A stretch of 63,201 nucleotides of DNA, counting the filler, from Stramenopiles sp. TOSAG23-2 (Eukaryota): assembly GCA_900128395.1 (NCBI GenBank). It is 18 parts of 18 records of this genome, joined end to end, with 100 filler letters (N's around TTAATTAATTAA, not from the genome) between each part and the next. Parts side by side here need not be neighbours in the genome. Positions count along the whole stretch, not along the records: positions 45,792 to 49,199 come from LT651221.1; positions 49,300 to 52,707 come from LT651222.1; positions 52,808 to 56,215 come from LT651223.1; positions 56,316 to 59,711 come from LT651225.1; 14 more parts are not named here. One strand, given 5' to 3'. The translations under genes and the position numbers were made by a program. The notes under the pieces are model-generated. The model did no database searches and had not been told where the DNA came from. It saw nothing but the letters and a program-made list of their open reading frames with translations. This document shows, one piece after another, positions 46,252-57,127 of the stretch (position 1 is the first letter of the stretch; the number at the start of each line of letters is the position of its first letter).

Positions 46252-47231
46252 TTAGATACGACTGAAAGCACTTTCATTTGGAGCCAATGCTAAATGATCT
46301 ACACCTCCAATATGTCTGCAACTGACTCTACCATTACCAAATATTGTAAACAACGATGTTGCTGAATTTGGTGTACCAAATGAAACTGCTTGAACATTAT
46401 GATCATTTGTTGTTGACGAATCTAAATTTGGATCTTCTGGTATATTTAATATTGCTTTTTGTAAATGATCAATAAAATTACCATGCATAACAAATACAAC
46501 AAAATGACTATTATGCATATTACGAAATTCATCACTTTTGATCCAATTTGATACTTTATATGCACGTTCTCTGCTTTTCGTATCATTTTCCCATCCATCA
46601 ACATACCACGGACCTTGTACAGGCAATAAAGATGTGTCATAACCTTTATATAAACTACTTATATCAGCCGCGGAAAAACATTTTCCAGGGCCATCCCGTA
46701 AATTTTTATCATTTATTATATAAACACCACCAGTTTCAAAAATATCTGGTCTGACTTGAACTTTATATTCATCAGCATCAAAAGATTCAATAATACCTTT
46801 TGTAGTATCAAGGGTTCGTTTAAATGCGGATGTATAAATATGTAGATTCCTACTTTTACTTTCTCCAAAATTCAATGTCTGACTTGAACTTTATATTCAT
46901 CAGCATCAAAAGATTCAATAATACCTTTTGTAGTATCAAGGGTTCGTTTAAATGCGGATGTATAAATATGTAGATTCCTACTTTTACTTTCTCCAAAATT
47001 CAATGCTTCTTTTAAATATTTTCCTAATGCCCTAGCTTCTTTAACACCTTTTCCCGTTAGTTCTGGATCATCCACACGATTTTCACCCCATAATCGTTCT
47101 CGTTCGTCACGTGTTATTTCCCCACGTGCTTCTTTCATAAATAATGGTTCCAAAATGGTATTGTTCGTAGATTGTCCATGACGTACAAAAATGACTGGTA
47201 TCCCACGTATATGCGCTTGTGATCCTGCCAT
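46252..47231 (-). CDS. Histidine phosphatase (phosphoglycerate mutase family); frame broken by a 128-bp tandem duplication
   Basis: FVRHGQS, DPELT..G, TSAFKRTLDT and VMHG motifs; removing one copy within 46750-47005 gives a single ORF. Confidence 0.85.
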
Positions 47232-47564
47232 AATTATTAATTAATTTATTACTGTTATATTTTTATTCAATTATTGTATTCGTTCATATACTAATGTTAT
47301 ATATGTCACATACATCCAGATATCAATATCAATTTGATGTATAAAGATTTGGATTTATTGATTTTTTATATATTATAGATAGATTTAGATTTATGAGAAG
47401 ATGATTTAGATTAGACAAAAGAAAACTAAAACAATAGTAATACGTGTTAATATTAATTTGTTGTAACCCCTTCTCTCAATGCAACCAATCCTGGCATGGC
47501 AATCAAATATATATTGTTGAATTGAATAATAGTTTTGAAGCAAATTAATGTCATATATATTGTC

Positions 47565-47762
47565 ATATGATAAGAGTATAGGACTCCAAGTAATAAATCT
47601 TATTGGTGTACAACTATTGTGAAATACATAATATATGGAATAACGTACAAAAACATAAGAATTATATGATAAGAGTATAGGACTCCAAGTAATAAATCTT
47701 ATTGGTGTACAACTATTGTGAAATACATAATATATGGAATAACGTACAAAAACATAAGAATT
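47565..47762. repeat. 99-bp exact tandem duplication
   Basis: ATATGATAAGAGTATAGG at 47565 and 47664. Confidence 0.9.
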
Positions 47763-47793
47763 TTGTGTCTGTCTGCGTGTATATATAATTATA

Positions 47794-48708
47794 ATGGAAA
47801 ACACAGTGTTGTTATTGAAAAATCAACAACCAAATGATAAATATATTAGTGAAGGAAAGTTACATGGTTTTAATGTATCTTGTTTGCCTTTATTCCAATT
47901 TGAATATGAAAATATAGATTCAATTGGAGATATATTACAACGTATGATTGGCCAAGCGTCGTCATCATCTTTTTTTGGAATCATTTTTACTAGCCCTCGT
48001 GCAATAAAAGCATTTCAAATGGCAATGGATTCTGACACCAATTTGTTTTCAATTATTATTACTAAGAATATTATTTTATATTGTCTAGGAGAATCATCTT
48101 CAAACAAACTTATTAAATGTTTCGAGGGTGATAGCCAATGTCCAATAATCAAAGGCCGAGAAAGTAACAATGCGAAGGAATTAGCACATTTTATCTTAGA
48201 TGATTTAAAATGTAACAATACAAATGATAGTGGTGAAACTTTACAGGATCATTTGAAAGAGAAACAGCTATTATATTTGTGTGGAGCAACACGTCGAGAT
48301 GAATTACCAACCATATTAAGTTCTCAAAAAGGATTATTATTAAAGTTAAATGAACTTATTGTATATAAATCTGTACCCATACCAAATGTAAATTTTCCAA
48401 AGTATGACAATTTACCGAAATGGATGGTATTCTTTAGTCCAAATGGTGTAGATATTATTGTGAATTTATTACTTGGAAAAGATAATGTAAAATATAATGG
48501 TGAAAAAGAAGAAGAAAGAAATAGTGTGAAGAATGATAATAACAATAATAATATATTTTCCAAAATGAAAATTGTTGCGATTGGTCAAACTACGAAAAAA
48601 CGTCTTGAAATGCATAATATAATTGTAAATAAATGTCCATCTAAACCAAATGCATCTTCGTTGTTTCTTGAATTAGTTGGAGGCGAGGGAAAGATGACGA
48701 AGAAGTAA
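47794..48708 (+). CDS. UROS: Uroporphyrinogen-III synthase
   Basis: GIIFTSPRAI, LYLCGATRRDELP, VFFSPNGV, VAIGQTT and KPNA motifs; 3' end duplicated with a 104-bp period (48622-48835). Confidence 0.9.
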   Translation: MENTVLLLKNQQPNDKYISEGKLHGFNVSCLPLFQFEYENIDSIGDILQRMIGQASSSSFFGIIFTSPRAIKAFQMAMDSDTNLFSIIITKNIILYCLGESSSNKLIKCFEGDSQCPIIKGRESNNAKELAHFILDDLKCNNTNDSGETLQDHLKEKQLLYLCGATRRDELPTILSSQKGLLLKLNELIVYKSVPIPNVNFPKYDNLPKWMVFFSPNGVDIIVNLLLGKDNVKYNGEKEEERNSVKNDNNNNNIFSKMKIVAIGQTTKKRLEMHNIIVNKCPSKPNASSLFLELVGGEGKMTKK

Positions 48709-49299
48709 CAACTTAATAAATAAAGATTGTAAATAAATGTCCATCTAAACCAAATGCATCTTCGTTGTTTCTTGAATTAGTTGGAGGCGAGGGAAAGATG
48801 ACGAAGAAGTAACAACTTAATAAATAAAGATTGTATTTATGTACTTTGTACATATCCCTTACACATCTGTTTACCGTGTGGTTTATCCTCTTGCTTTGAT
48901 CTATCTCAACTTTTTTCTTCACAACAATCATTCAATCAAAAAAGTATACATTAACATATATATCGATATATAATTCAGAATAATATTAAACAAACAAAAT
49001 AAAACCCGTATATATATTATATAATATTAGACTTGTAAAACAGACATATATACACACTTCAAATACACCCAAGGATATTCGACCCATAGCAAAAAGCAAT
49101 TGTCGAATAAAATTATATCAATAATAAAGCATACTGTATATATAAATAAAAACATATTATCATACACAACAAATAACAATATAAGCAATAATGCAATCAN
49201 NNNNNNNNNNNNNNNNNNNNNNNNNNNNNNNNNNNNNNNNNNNTTAATTAATTAANNNNNNNNNNNNNNNNNNNNNNNNNNNNNNNNNNNNNNNNNNNN

Positions 49300-49445
49300 G
49301 ATACTATCTATTTACCTTCATTGGTATTTTCGATTATGAGAATATCAACACACTTGTGTGAGATAGATTATTTCAGTTATTTTATTCTTTTGAAGAGTAG
49401 GAATTATCATGAGTAAATTAAAAATAAATTATGCGTAAATTAAAT
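49300..49445 (+). repeat. Dispersed repeat family A copy
   Basis: ATCTATTTACCT, GTGAGATAGATT, CAGTTATT and GAGTAGGAATTATCATGAGTAAATTAA shared with the 17672 copy. Confidence 0.85.
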
Positions 49446-49460
49446 ATATAAGATATATAT

Positions 49461-49664
49461 AAGAATTCGAAACGTGCAACTGCTATGTTGAATTATGTTA
49501 ATTGGGGCCCACCTGGCTGCGGAAAATCACACACTGTCGAACAAGACGTGGCAAAGTTAATAGCTGATAATCCGCACCTCAGAGTTTATTATAAAACGAT
49601 TCAGAAATGGTGGGATGGATATGATGGAGAAGAAATCGTCGTACATTTATACGAATCGTATTAA
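49461..49664 (+). pseudogene. rep: Endogenous CRESS-DNA virus (circovirus-like) Rep SF3 helicase fragment
   Basis: Translates to KRATAMLNYVNWGPPGCGKSHT...VYYKTIQKWWDGYDGEEIVV; Walker A plus the WWDGY.GEE motif; similarity ends just before the Walker B DD. Confidence 0.85.
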
Positions 49665-49700
49665 AAATTTTTAAATATAATATTACAATATTATAAATTT

Positions 49701-50909
49701 TTATACAATTGGTAAGCCCTGCGTTGATTTTTTTCTTCTTATATTTTGATCTCTTCGTTTCATCATTTCTTCCTCTTGAAATTTTCGATTTAACTCTGCT
49801 TTTTTCTCAGCACTCATTTCTTGAGGACCTTCTGCTTGTTGTTTTTCATATAACTCATTCAATTCTTGCTCTTCTCTTAATCGCGCAGCTTCAGCTTCTT
49901 CTAAATATTTTCTCTCCGCTTCTTCTCTTTCTTGCTGTTCTTTCAATGCTTGATTATAGTCTTCCTCTTCCTTTTGTTGCATTAAATCTCCATGCCAATC
50001 TTCGTAATCATGTTCCGTAATAGTCTCACCACGTGCAATTGCTTCCATTTTTGCATTGATTTGTGCTTGTAACTTTTCCATAGCATCTGTGTTATTTATC
50101 AAATCTAATTGTTTTTCTCGTTCCTCTAATTGTTCCCGTTGTTTCAATTCATCATAATATTTAATTCGTTTTCTTTCTTCTATTTCATCATAAATATGAT
50201 TTAATAATTTTCTAAATTGACCTTTTACGTCTTTAGCAGCAAGTGCAACTTGATTAAATGGTTTTGGATTTCGATCTATGGCATCTTTACAAATTTGTAC
50301 CATATTACGACCATATCCATCTAAAACACTTATGTCAAATTCAATTTCATGGTTCTTATCAAACAATATCTTTAACATTTCTGGAGGGTGGGCGTTTTGA
50401 CATATTACATGCCCGACAGTCATATGATTAGGTCCAAGCAGATTAAAATCACAACCTTTCTGTACTAATAATTTAAAAATGTCGATGTAACCAAATTCAG
50501 CAGCCGTAAACAAAGGGGTAAAATTATCCATGCATTTATCATAATGTATGTCTGCCCCACTTTCTATTAAAAATTCAACGGTTTCTAAACTTCCACTAGT
50601 TATAGCATATAACAATGGTGTCCGCAGTATATCATCTGTTTCATTTACATCATCTCCAGCATTTATAAGCGCTTCAACAGCTTGAAGTTTACCATGTATT
50701 GCAGCAACGTGTAGCCAAGTACGACGAAAAATTTTCTTCGGTCCACCCTCGACATACTTTTTTGGTTCCTTTATAATTTGTTTTAGTAAATCAAATATTT
50801 CTAACTTTAGTGCCTCCGTCCTTGGTTTTAGTGACGTTGTACGTATTGCATCTGCACGTGTTGTTTCAGCTCGAAAAACATGTTCAGTTGCACCATGTTT
50901 CTTCGACAT
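49701..50909 (-). CDS. Ankyrin repeat protein with an E-rich coiled-coil C-terminus
   Basis: TWLHVAA..G, TPLLYA..G and TPLFTAA..G repeats. Confidence 0.88.
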   Translation of the reverse strand: MSKKHGATEHVFRAETTRADAIRTTSLKPRTEALKLEIFDLLKQIIKEPKKYVEGGPKKIFRRTWLHVAAIHGKLQAVEALINAGDDVNETDDILRTPLLYAITSGSLETVEFLIESGADIHYDKCMDNFTPLFTAAEFGYIDIFKLLVQKGCDFNLLGPNHMTVGHVICQNAHPPEMLKILFDKNHEIEFDISVLDGYGRNMVQICKDAIDRNPKPFNQVALAAKDVKGQFRKLLNHIYDEIEERKRIKYYDELKQREQLEEREKQLDLINNTDAMEKLQAQINAKMEAIARGETITEHDYEDWHGDLMQQKEEEDYNQALKEQQEREEAERKYLEEAEAARLREEQELNELYEKQQAEGPQEMSAEKKAELNRKFQEEEMMKRRDQNIRRKKSTQGLPIV

Positions 50910-51150
50910 GATGTTATAATGTTTCTTCTGACAATGCTTTGATCGTTCAGTTTATTATATATAATTAGGATGTAGAATTACACTGTTACAGCGTTTACTT
51001 ATATATATATATATATAATAGTCGTCTATTATATAAAATAGGTTTTCGAAATTCGAAGTAAGTGTATAATAAAAGTAAAAGTGCAATAATCATAATATAA
51101 GTAACGCTTCCTTTTATTACTGTACCTTACTCGTTGCTCACTCCAAATTT

Positions 51151-52478
51151 GATCACAGAATCTGTGATTGTGCTATGCTGTGTCCATGGGGAAATGTATC
51201 TTAAAAACACCAAAATGCAACGACACTTCATACATGGGAATATCACTACGCCATCACAGATTCTGTGATGAAAGCAACATCTCGTCACAGATTCTGTGAT
51301 CAATCACAGAATCTGTGATGGCATCGTGCTATTCCCATGTATGAAATTTAATAAAAATCTACTATGAACATACCATTACAATATCACAGAATCTGTGAAA
51401 GTTTTTCACCAAAAAGTTTTAGTCAAATAGGCATTTTTACATCCAAATTTATTAGTATACTATCTATACCTTTTAAGTACAAAATAGTTAAGGAAAATAC
51501 AGAATTTTCTTCCATATTTCTAATTAAAAAAATTGAGATTAGTGATACCCAAAAATTTTATACTTAAAATATCCATATTAGTAGTCTAAAAATTTGATTT
51601 TAAAACCTATTTTGCAAAATATTTATTTCATATTTCAAAAATTTCCGACATAATAAATTTGTTATAAGAAAACATGGCATCACTTACATAAACATTTGAT
51701 AGAACACGTAATTCAAATTTAGAACCAATAAAACTCTATATATAAAATATTTATATATATTTGTATACAATTAAACTACTATTCAAATATTTAGATTAAA
51801 ATTATGATTAGCTTGAACATTTCAAAGTCTTTGATAATTCTAGTCTAATGCTATTTCAATGCTATTTTTAGCATCATAATAACACTAACAATGCTATTTA
51901 TATACTAACACAACAATACATAACAGCTCTTTGTAAAATGTACACACCGATGCAATATGATATATAAAGCTTTAATGAATTAAAATATATATATTCTAGC
52001 AATATCGATTGATATAAAGTCATAATTTGAATTTTGAGTATGTTTTTTTTATGTTGTATGTTTAGCAATTTTTACAAAATTTGTAACACTATTTCCCTGC
52101 TAGAACTTTTTTGTGTGTATGCTGGCACAAACTTAGTGCTATTGCATCGTAATTTGCTGTTTTGAACAATTACTCAGTAAATGATTAGAAACAACCATTC
52201 CAACATGTATATTATATATATTTTTGTACATCCCTTTTTGGTTTTTTATTAGCAGATATGTATGCCAAATATGTTAATGTAAAAAGGGAGGCACAAATTC
52301 AAATACGAGTTATTTTATGTTTAATTATATGTTGTATCTTTAAATTGACTGAATATTTGGATGAATGGGTATTTAACTTCAAGTTTTTGTTGTAGAAAAG
52401 CGTGTTTAGTACCTTTTTTTTGTTCATTTTTTCCTTACAATGAACACAGCATTACAGCCCGTCACAGATTCTGTGATC
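51151..52478. mobile_element. Putative non-autonomous TIR element with repeated palindrome TCACAGAWTCTGTGA
   Basis: About 40-bp imperfect terminal inverted repeats, an internal hairpin with 43-bp arms, and no long ORF. Confidence 0.6.
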
Positions 52479-53318
52479 ACTCAAAACAAGTACTGCCCGG
52501 GTGATATAAGTAGGTACCATTATAAAATGTCAAACAAATATATTCTTTGTATGATAATTTAATTAAGTAAAATTTCTAATTTTATTATCTTTAATTACCC
52601 CTGCTAAACATATGGTGTTGAAAATTTATTTTAACTTTAAAATTTGGAATACTGTTTTGAAATAAGCAGAATAAGCCTGTGTTCACTGTAATGTGAAAAG
52701 ACATGGANNNNNNNNNNNNNNNNNNNNNNNNNNNNNNNNNNNNNNNNNNNNTTAATTAATTAANNNNNNNNNNNNNNNNNNNNNNNNNNNNNNNNNNNNN
52801 NNNNNNNATTACCTTTACTTATAATAATAGCTTTATAATAAATAAGGTATTAAATTGATATATATGTATTTTATAATGCTAACGGACACAAATAATTTAT
52901 CATCATGTTTTTGTTCAATATTTTGTTGTGTGCTTGTCTACAGTGTTTTTGTTTTTGGTTAGTATTAATATAAGTACCTACGAGGAGCTGGCTACCACGG
53001 TGGTAGGTAATATGTGGAATTAATATTATAATAACAACACAATTGCAAAGAAAAAACGTCAGCAGGGATGTATAACAGCAGCATGTATTAACAGTCTAAT
53101 AGCAGTTAAATATTGATATTTCCTAATGATGATGGTAACTATTTTATTAAAAAAAACAAAACAACAACAAAAACAACAAAACGTTCATGCTTTCTAAATA
53201 TATATAAATACATATAATAGTAAATATACTTTTAAAATTGTTATAGACATCATACATTAATTGAAACTTTTGATGATTTTTGTTTATCTCTATACCTTTG
53301 TTGATATTCGTAAATTAA

Positions 53319-54383
53319 ATGACCGGTTTTAATCAAGTTAAAAACAAAATGAAGCGAGCAAAGGTGGTAACTCACTCCAAAGATGCGAAAAAACCTTCAT
53401 TGGCAGTTTTAAAATATCGTAAGGCACACTCAAGTGTTTCAATTTTTGAAAATAAAAGCGGACCACGACATAAAGGATACAAAAGCATGTCGCTTGGTAT
53501 GTCCCAAACACAAAAATTTTTGATAGGCAATAGTAAAGGGAATAATAAGGCGATAAAACATAGTCAAAGAACAAAAGTTATTAAAAGTGCTTCAAGTCCA
53601 AACTTTAGAAATCATATAAAACAGCAAAAACAACGAAATGGGAATAGAAATAATCGATTATCTGCTATGGATATGTTACCAGTGTTGCGGCCTGAATCTT
53701 TAAAACAAAGCCCCCTCATAAAACAACAACAGCAATTCAATTTGGATGTTCAAAATGCAATGTCATTAGCAAAAGAGTCGATTCGAAGACAAAGAAATTT
53801 GAAAAATAGTAATAGCAAAGGAGCTTTTACTAGTAACAACAATAATAATAACAATAATAAAGCTAACAATGTAAATAATATGATAAAAAAGCAAAAGAAA
53901 AGAAGAAAACAGCAGGAGGATGAATCTCTCATGGCAAATTCATTTTTTGTATCAAAGAAAAAAGTAGATCCGAACGAAGTAAAATTAAAAAGAGAGCAAC
54001 AAATTGAATATGAGCGTTCTCAAATGGTTGATAGGATAAAAAATATAAGCATGAAAACGGCGAAGAAATATAGAGATCGTCAACTTCGAAGGAAAGATTC
54101 CGGATCGATAGATGATAATAACGATAATAAAAAGAAGAAACAACGATCGAAAAAAGTTTATACAAACGTAACAAAAGCTATTACACCACGTTTTGGCAGG
54201 GGGAGAGGAAAGACAATTAAAAAAAGGAAAAATGATGGCTTGAAATCACATGTAAAAATCAAACCATTTGTAAGTGTTGAGGATGCAGGTGAACATGGTG
54301 ATCCATATGAAGCACAACGATGTCAACTTTGTCTAGCCGTTCCAAAAGCATCTGCTGGATATAAATTAGTTTGGATGTGGTAA
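53319..54383 (+). CDS. Hypothetical basic, disordered protein
   Basis: 354-aa K/R/N-rich ORF with a short CxxC-containing C-terminus. Confidence 0.6.
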   Translation: MTGFNQVKNKMKRAKVVTHSKDAKKPSLAVLKYRKAHSSVSIFENKSGPRHKGYKSMSLGMSQTQKFLIGNSKGNNKAIKHSQRTKVIKSASSPNFRNHIKQQKQRNGNRNNRLSAMDMLPVLRPESLKQSPLIKQQQQFNLDVQNAMSLAKESIRRQRNLKNSNSKGAFTSNNNNNNNNKANNVNNMIKKQKKRRKQQEDESLMANSFFVSKKKVDPNEVKLKREQQIEYERSQMVDRIKNISMKTAKKYRDRQLRRKDSGSIDDNNDNKKKKQRSKKVYTNVTKAITPRFGRGRGKTIKKRKNDGLKSHVKIKPFVSVEDAGEHGDPYEAQRCQLCLAVPKASAGYKLVWMW

Positions 54384-54530
54384 AAGTAAGAATATCAAAA
54401 TATGATCGAATATTTTTTTACACATTTTTTATTTAATCCACATTTATACTTCGTGTTATAATACGAAAACAGTATATATATATATATATATACTATATAA
54501 TACAATCATATAAATTTACGTACACATATA

Positions 54531-55640
54531 TTATATTTTTTCTTCATCAATAGATTCTGACGTTTTAACTCCAAGTGACGATTCCTCTGAAATATTAGTA
54601 GCAATGAATATTTGATTATCAGCACCACCTCCACCATTCTTTGGACCAGCAAGTCTTTTTTGTATTTCTGAAATTTCCAACTTTCTTATTTTTGGATATC
54701 CTTTTTTAAATTTAAGAACAACTAAACCAATGTAAATATCTGGGTTTTCTTTGTCTCTATTCACAGCATCATAATCTAAAACATTTGCTTCGACACATTC
54801 AGCTACAATACCTTTTTTCTCCCATTTTTTGCTTATTTCTTCCTTTTCTAACCATACATTTAAAACTTTACCTTTTTCTTTCTTCTTCTTATCTCGTTTA
54901 AACCATCCTAAATAAAATGCTTCTTTTTCGCATTTCTTAATGCATTTTTGTCTAATTTTTTCAAGATCATCCAGATAAGTTTTATATTCTTGTGGTGTTA
55001 TCATTGGTTTAAGTAATTGTCCACATTTATCTATCTTCACTTTCTTTCTAGTAACACCATGAGTTGTTCCACAATCTTCAATTTTTTTCAATATATCACT
55101 TACATTTAAAATTTTACCAAATGCAACATGGGTATTGTCTAGCCATTTCGTATCGGTAAATGTAATAAAAAATTGTGATCCATTTGTGTTTGGCCCTTTA
55201 TTAACCATAGATATAATGCCTCTTTCAGCATGGCTCACTTCATGATTTTCATCGTCAAAAAATGTTCCATATATAGATGGACCACCCACCCCGCCACCAG
55301 TAACAAAATCACCACCTTGACACATAAAACCTGGAGTAATATTATGTATATATGTTCCTAAATAATGCAATCGATATCCGCCTATTCCTAAACCTTTTTC
55401 TCCTGTACATAAAGCTCTAAAATTCTCACAAGTTTTAGGAACAATATCGTCAAACAATTTAATAATTAATCGTCCAATTGCTGAACCATCAATTGATACG
55501 TCCATAAAGACTCTTTTATTTTTATCCGATGGTGCCCAAAAAATTTTGTCTTTCAATGGTTTTTTCTCTTTCTTCTCGTCATCTGTGGTATAAACACCTT
55601 CTGGTGCTTTTGCCGGCCGTTGTAATTTATTATCTGACAT
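54531..55640 (-). CDS. Cyclophilin-type PPIase domain with a K-rich C-terminal extension
   Basis: VPKTCENFRALCTGEKG, FMCQGGDF, NGSQFFIT and WLDNTHVAFG motifs. Confidence 0.92.
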   Translation of the reverse strand: MSDNKLQRPAKAPEGVYTTDDEKKEKKPLKDKIFWAPSDKNKRVFMDVSIDGSAIGRLIIKLFDDIVPKTCENFRALCTGEKGLGIGGYRLHYLGTYIHNITPGFMCQGGDFVTGGGVGGPSIYGTFFDDENHEVSHAERGIISMVNKGPNTNGSQFFITFTDTKWLDNTHVAFGKILNVSDILKKIEDCGTTHGVTRKKVKIDKCGQLLKPMITPQEYKTYLDDLEKIRQKCIKKCEKEAFYLGWFKRDKKKKEKGKVLNVWLEKEEISKKWEKKGIVAECVEANVLDYDAVNRDKENPDIYIGLVVLKFKKGYPKIRKLEISEIQKRLAGPKNGGGGADNQIFIATNISEESSLGVKTSESIDEEKI

Positions 55641-56537
55641 TGTACAATTGCAGGGTATGTGTATACATATGTATATAAGAAGATTCTTTATATCGACGGT
55701 GTTGCATTAGTAATAATACATTTATGGGTGGGTACAATAGAACGGAAATCTTGTATTATATATTGTACTTCAGTAACGTGCGAACGAACCAATAATAATA
55801 ATATTATACTATTATACTAATAATAATAATACATTATTATTAGATAATAACGTTTCTTCTTCTTTGTTGAATTATACCACCGGTGGTGGTATGTTGTTGT
55901 GGTTTTTGTGCAACAGGACATATAATACCATCACCAGGTGGTAGCCAGGTAGCCTGGAGATTGGAGGACTAAACTATACCAGGTCTAGTACGTTGTAATA
56001 CAATACCACCAGGTCGTCTAATTAAAAAACCTCTTCTTCTAAAAATCAAAAAAAGTCTGAAAGTCTGCTGGCCCAACTTGCCGGGCTATTATACTGAATT
56101 TACTGTACTCATAGGCTCTCCAGCTCTCCCCTTAAATTAAGGCCTTCCGTACACAGACATGGTCTCAAATTGGCTACTATGTAAATAGCACTGAAAAAAG
56201 GACTAAAATTACAAANNNNNNNNNNNNNNNNNNNNNNNNNNNNNNNNNNNNNNNNNNNNTTAATTAATTAANNNNNNNNNNNNNNNNNNNNNNNNNNNNN
56301 NNNNNNNNNNNNNNNAAAAATATAAATTACAAATAATACATGTTAGTGAAGAGAGTAAAGTAAATCATATACTAAATAAAATACAACTACATACAAATAT
56401 ACAATTACCACCACACCTTTTTCATGCTTCCTGGTATACAAATATATTTATATATATATTATTTGTATATGAGTAGAAATCTATCAATCAATACAAACGA
56501 AAAAGCTTACGTATATATACGCTTTGACAATCATAAT

Positions 56538-57096
56538 ATGTTCGCCATTAGTCGTATAGCATCCAAGTTAAATGCAGTTAATAACCTTGTACGAAAAAAT
56601 CTTAGTAATAATAACAATAACGACAATAATGATAATAATGATAATACAAATAGATGGTCTTCAGACTTATGGAGTGATTCGACACCAAAGTCAATAACAA
56701 ATAAGCTGCTAAAATTATTAGATTCCAGTGGATTAAAAGGAAAAATGCAAATAAGAAAATCTAGTAGATCATCTTCCTCATCATCATCATCAATACGACG
56801 ACAGCGTGCACACACAATAGAATATAATTCAAATAATAAACCATCAAATATATTGGACGAAATCAACTCAAACTGTCTTTTATTAAAAAAATGTTTACGT
56901 AATAGACGTAAAATAATATTTATGACCAAAAAAGAAAAGACAAATGCAATCTATAATCTTCTAGATTGTGGTATAAGATTGTGCCAATATCTTTTATTAA
57001 ATGGTTTCGAGACGTCTATTGGATCGAGAGGAGTTGGTATTTATGATTTTATTCTCAACCTATTATCACGTCAAGAATTTGACCATGTACATGTAC

Positions 57097-57127
<31 letters not shown>

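Noticed and set aside
46750-47005. Frameshift or pseudogene in the histidine phosphatase
   Set aside because: Caused by an exact 128-bp tandem duplication. Similar 98-109 bp duplications at 14812, 46139, 47565 and 48622, and the overlap around the N gap at 44652-44667, point to unmerged assembly overlaps or alleles
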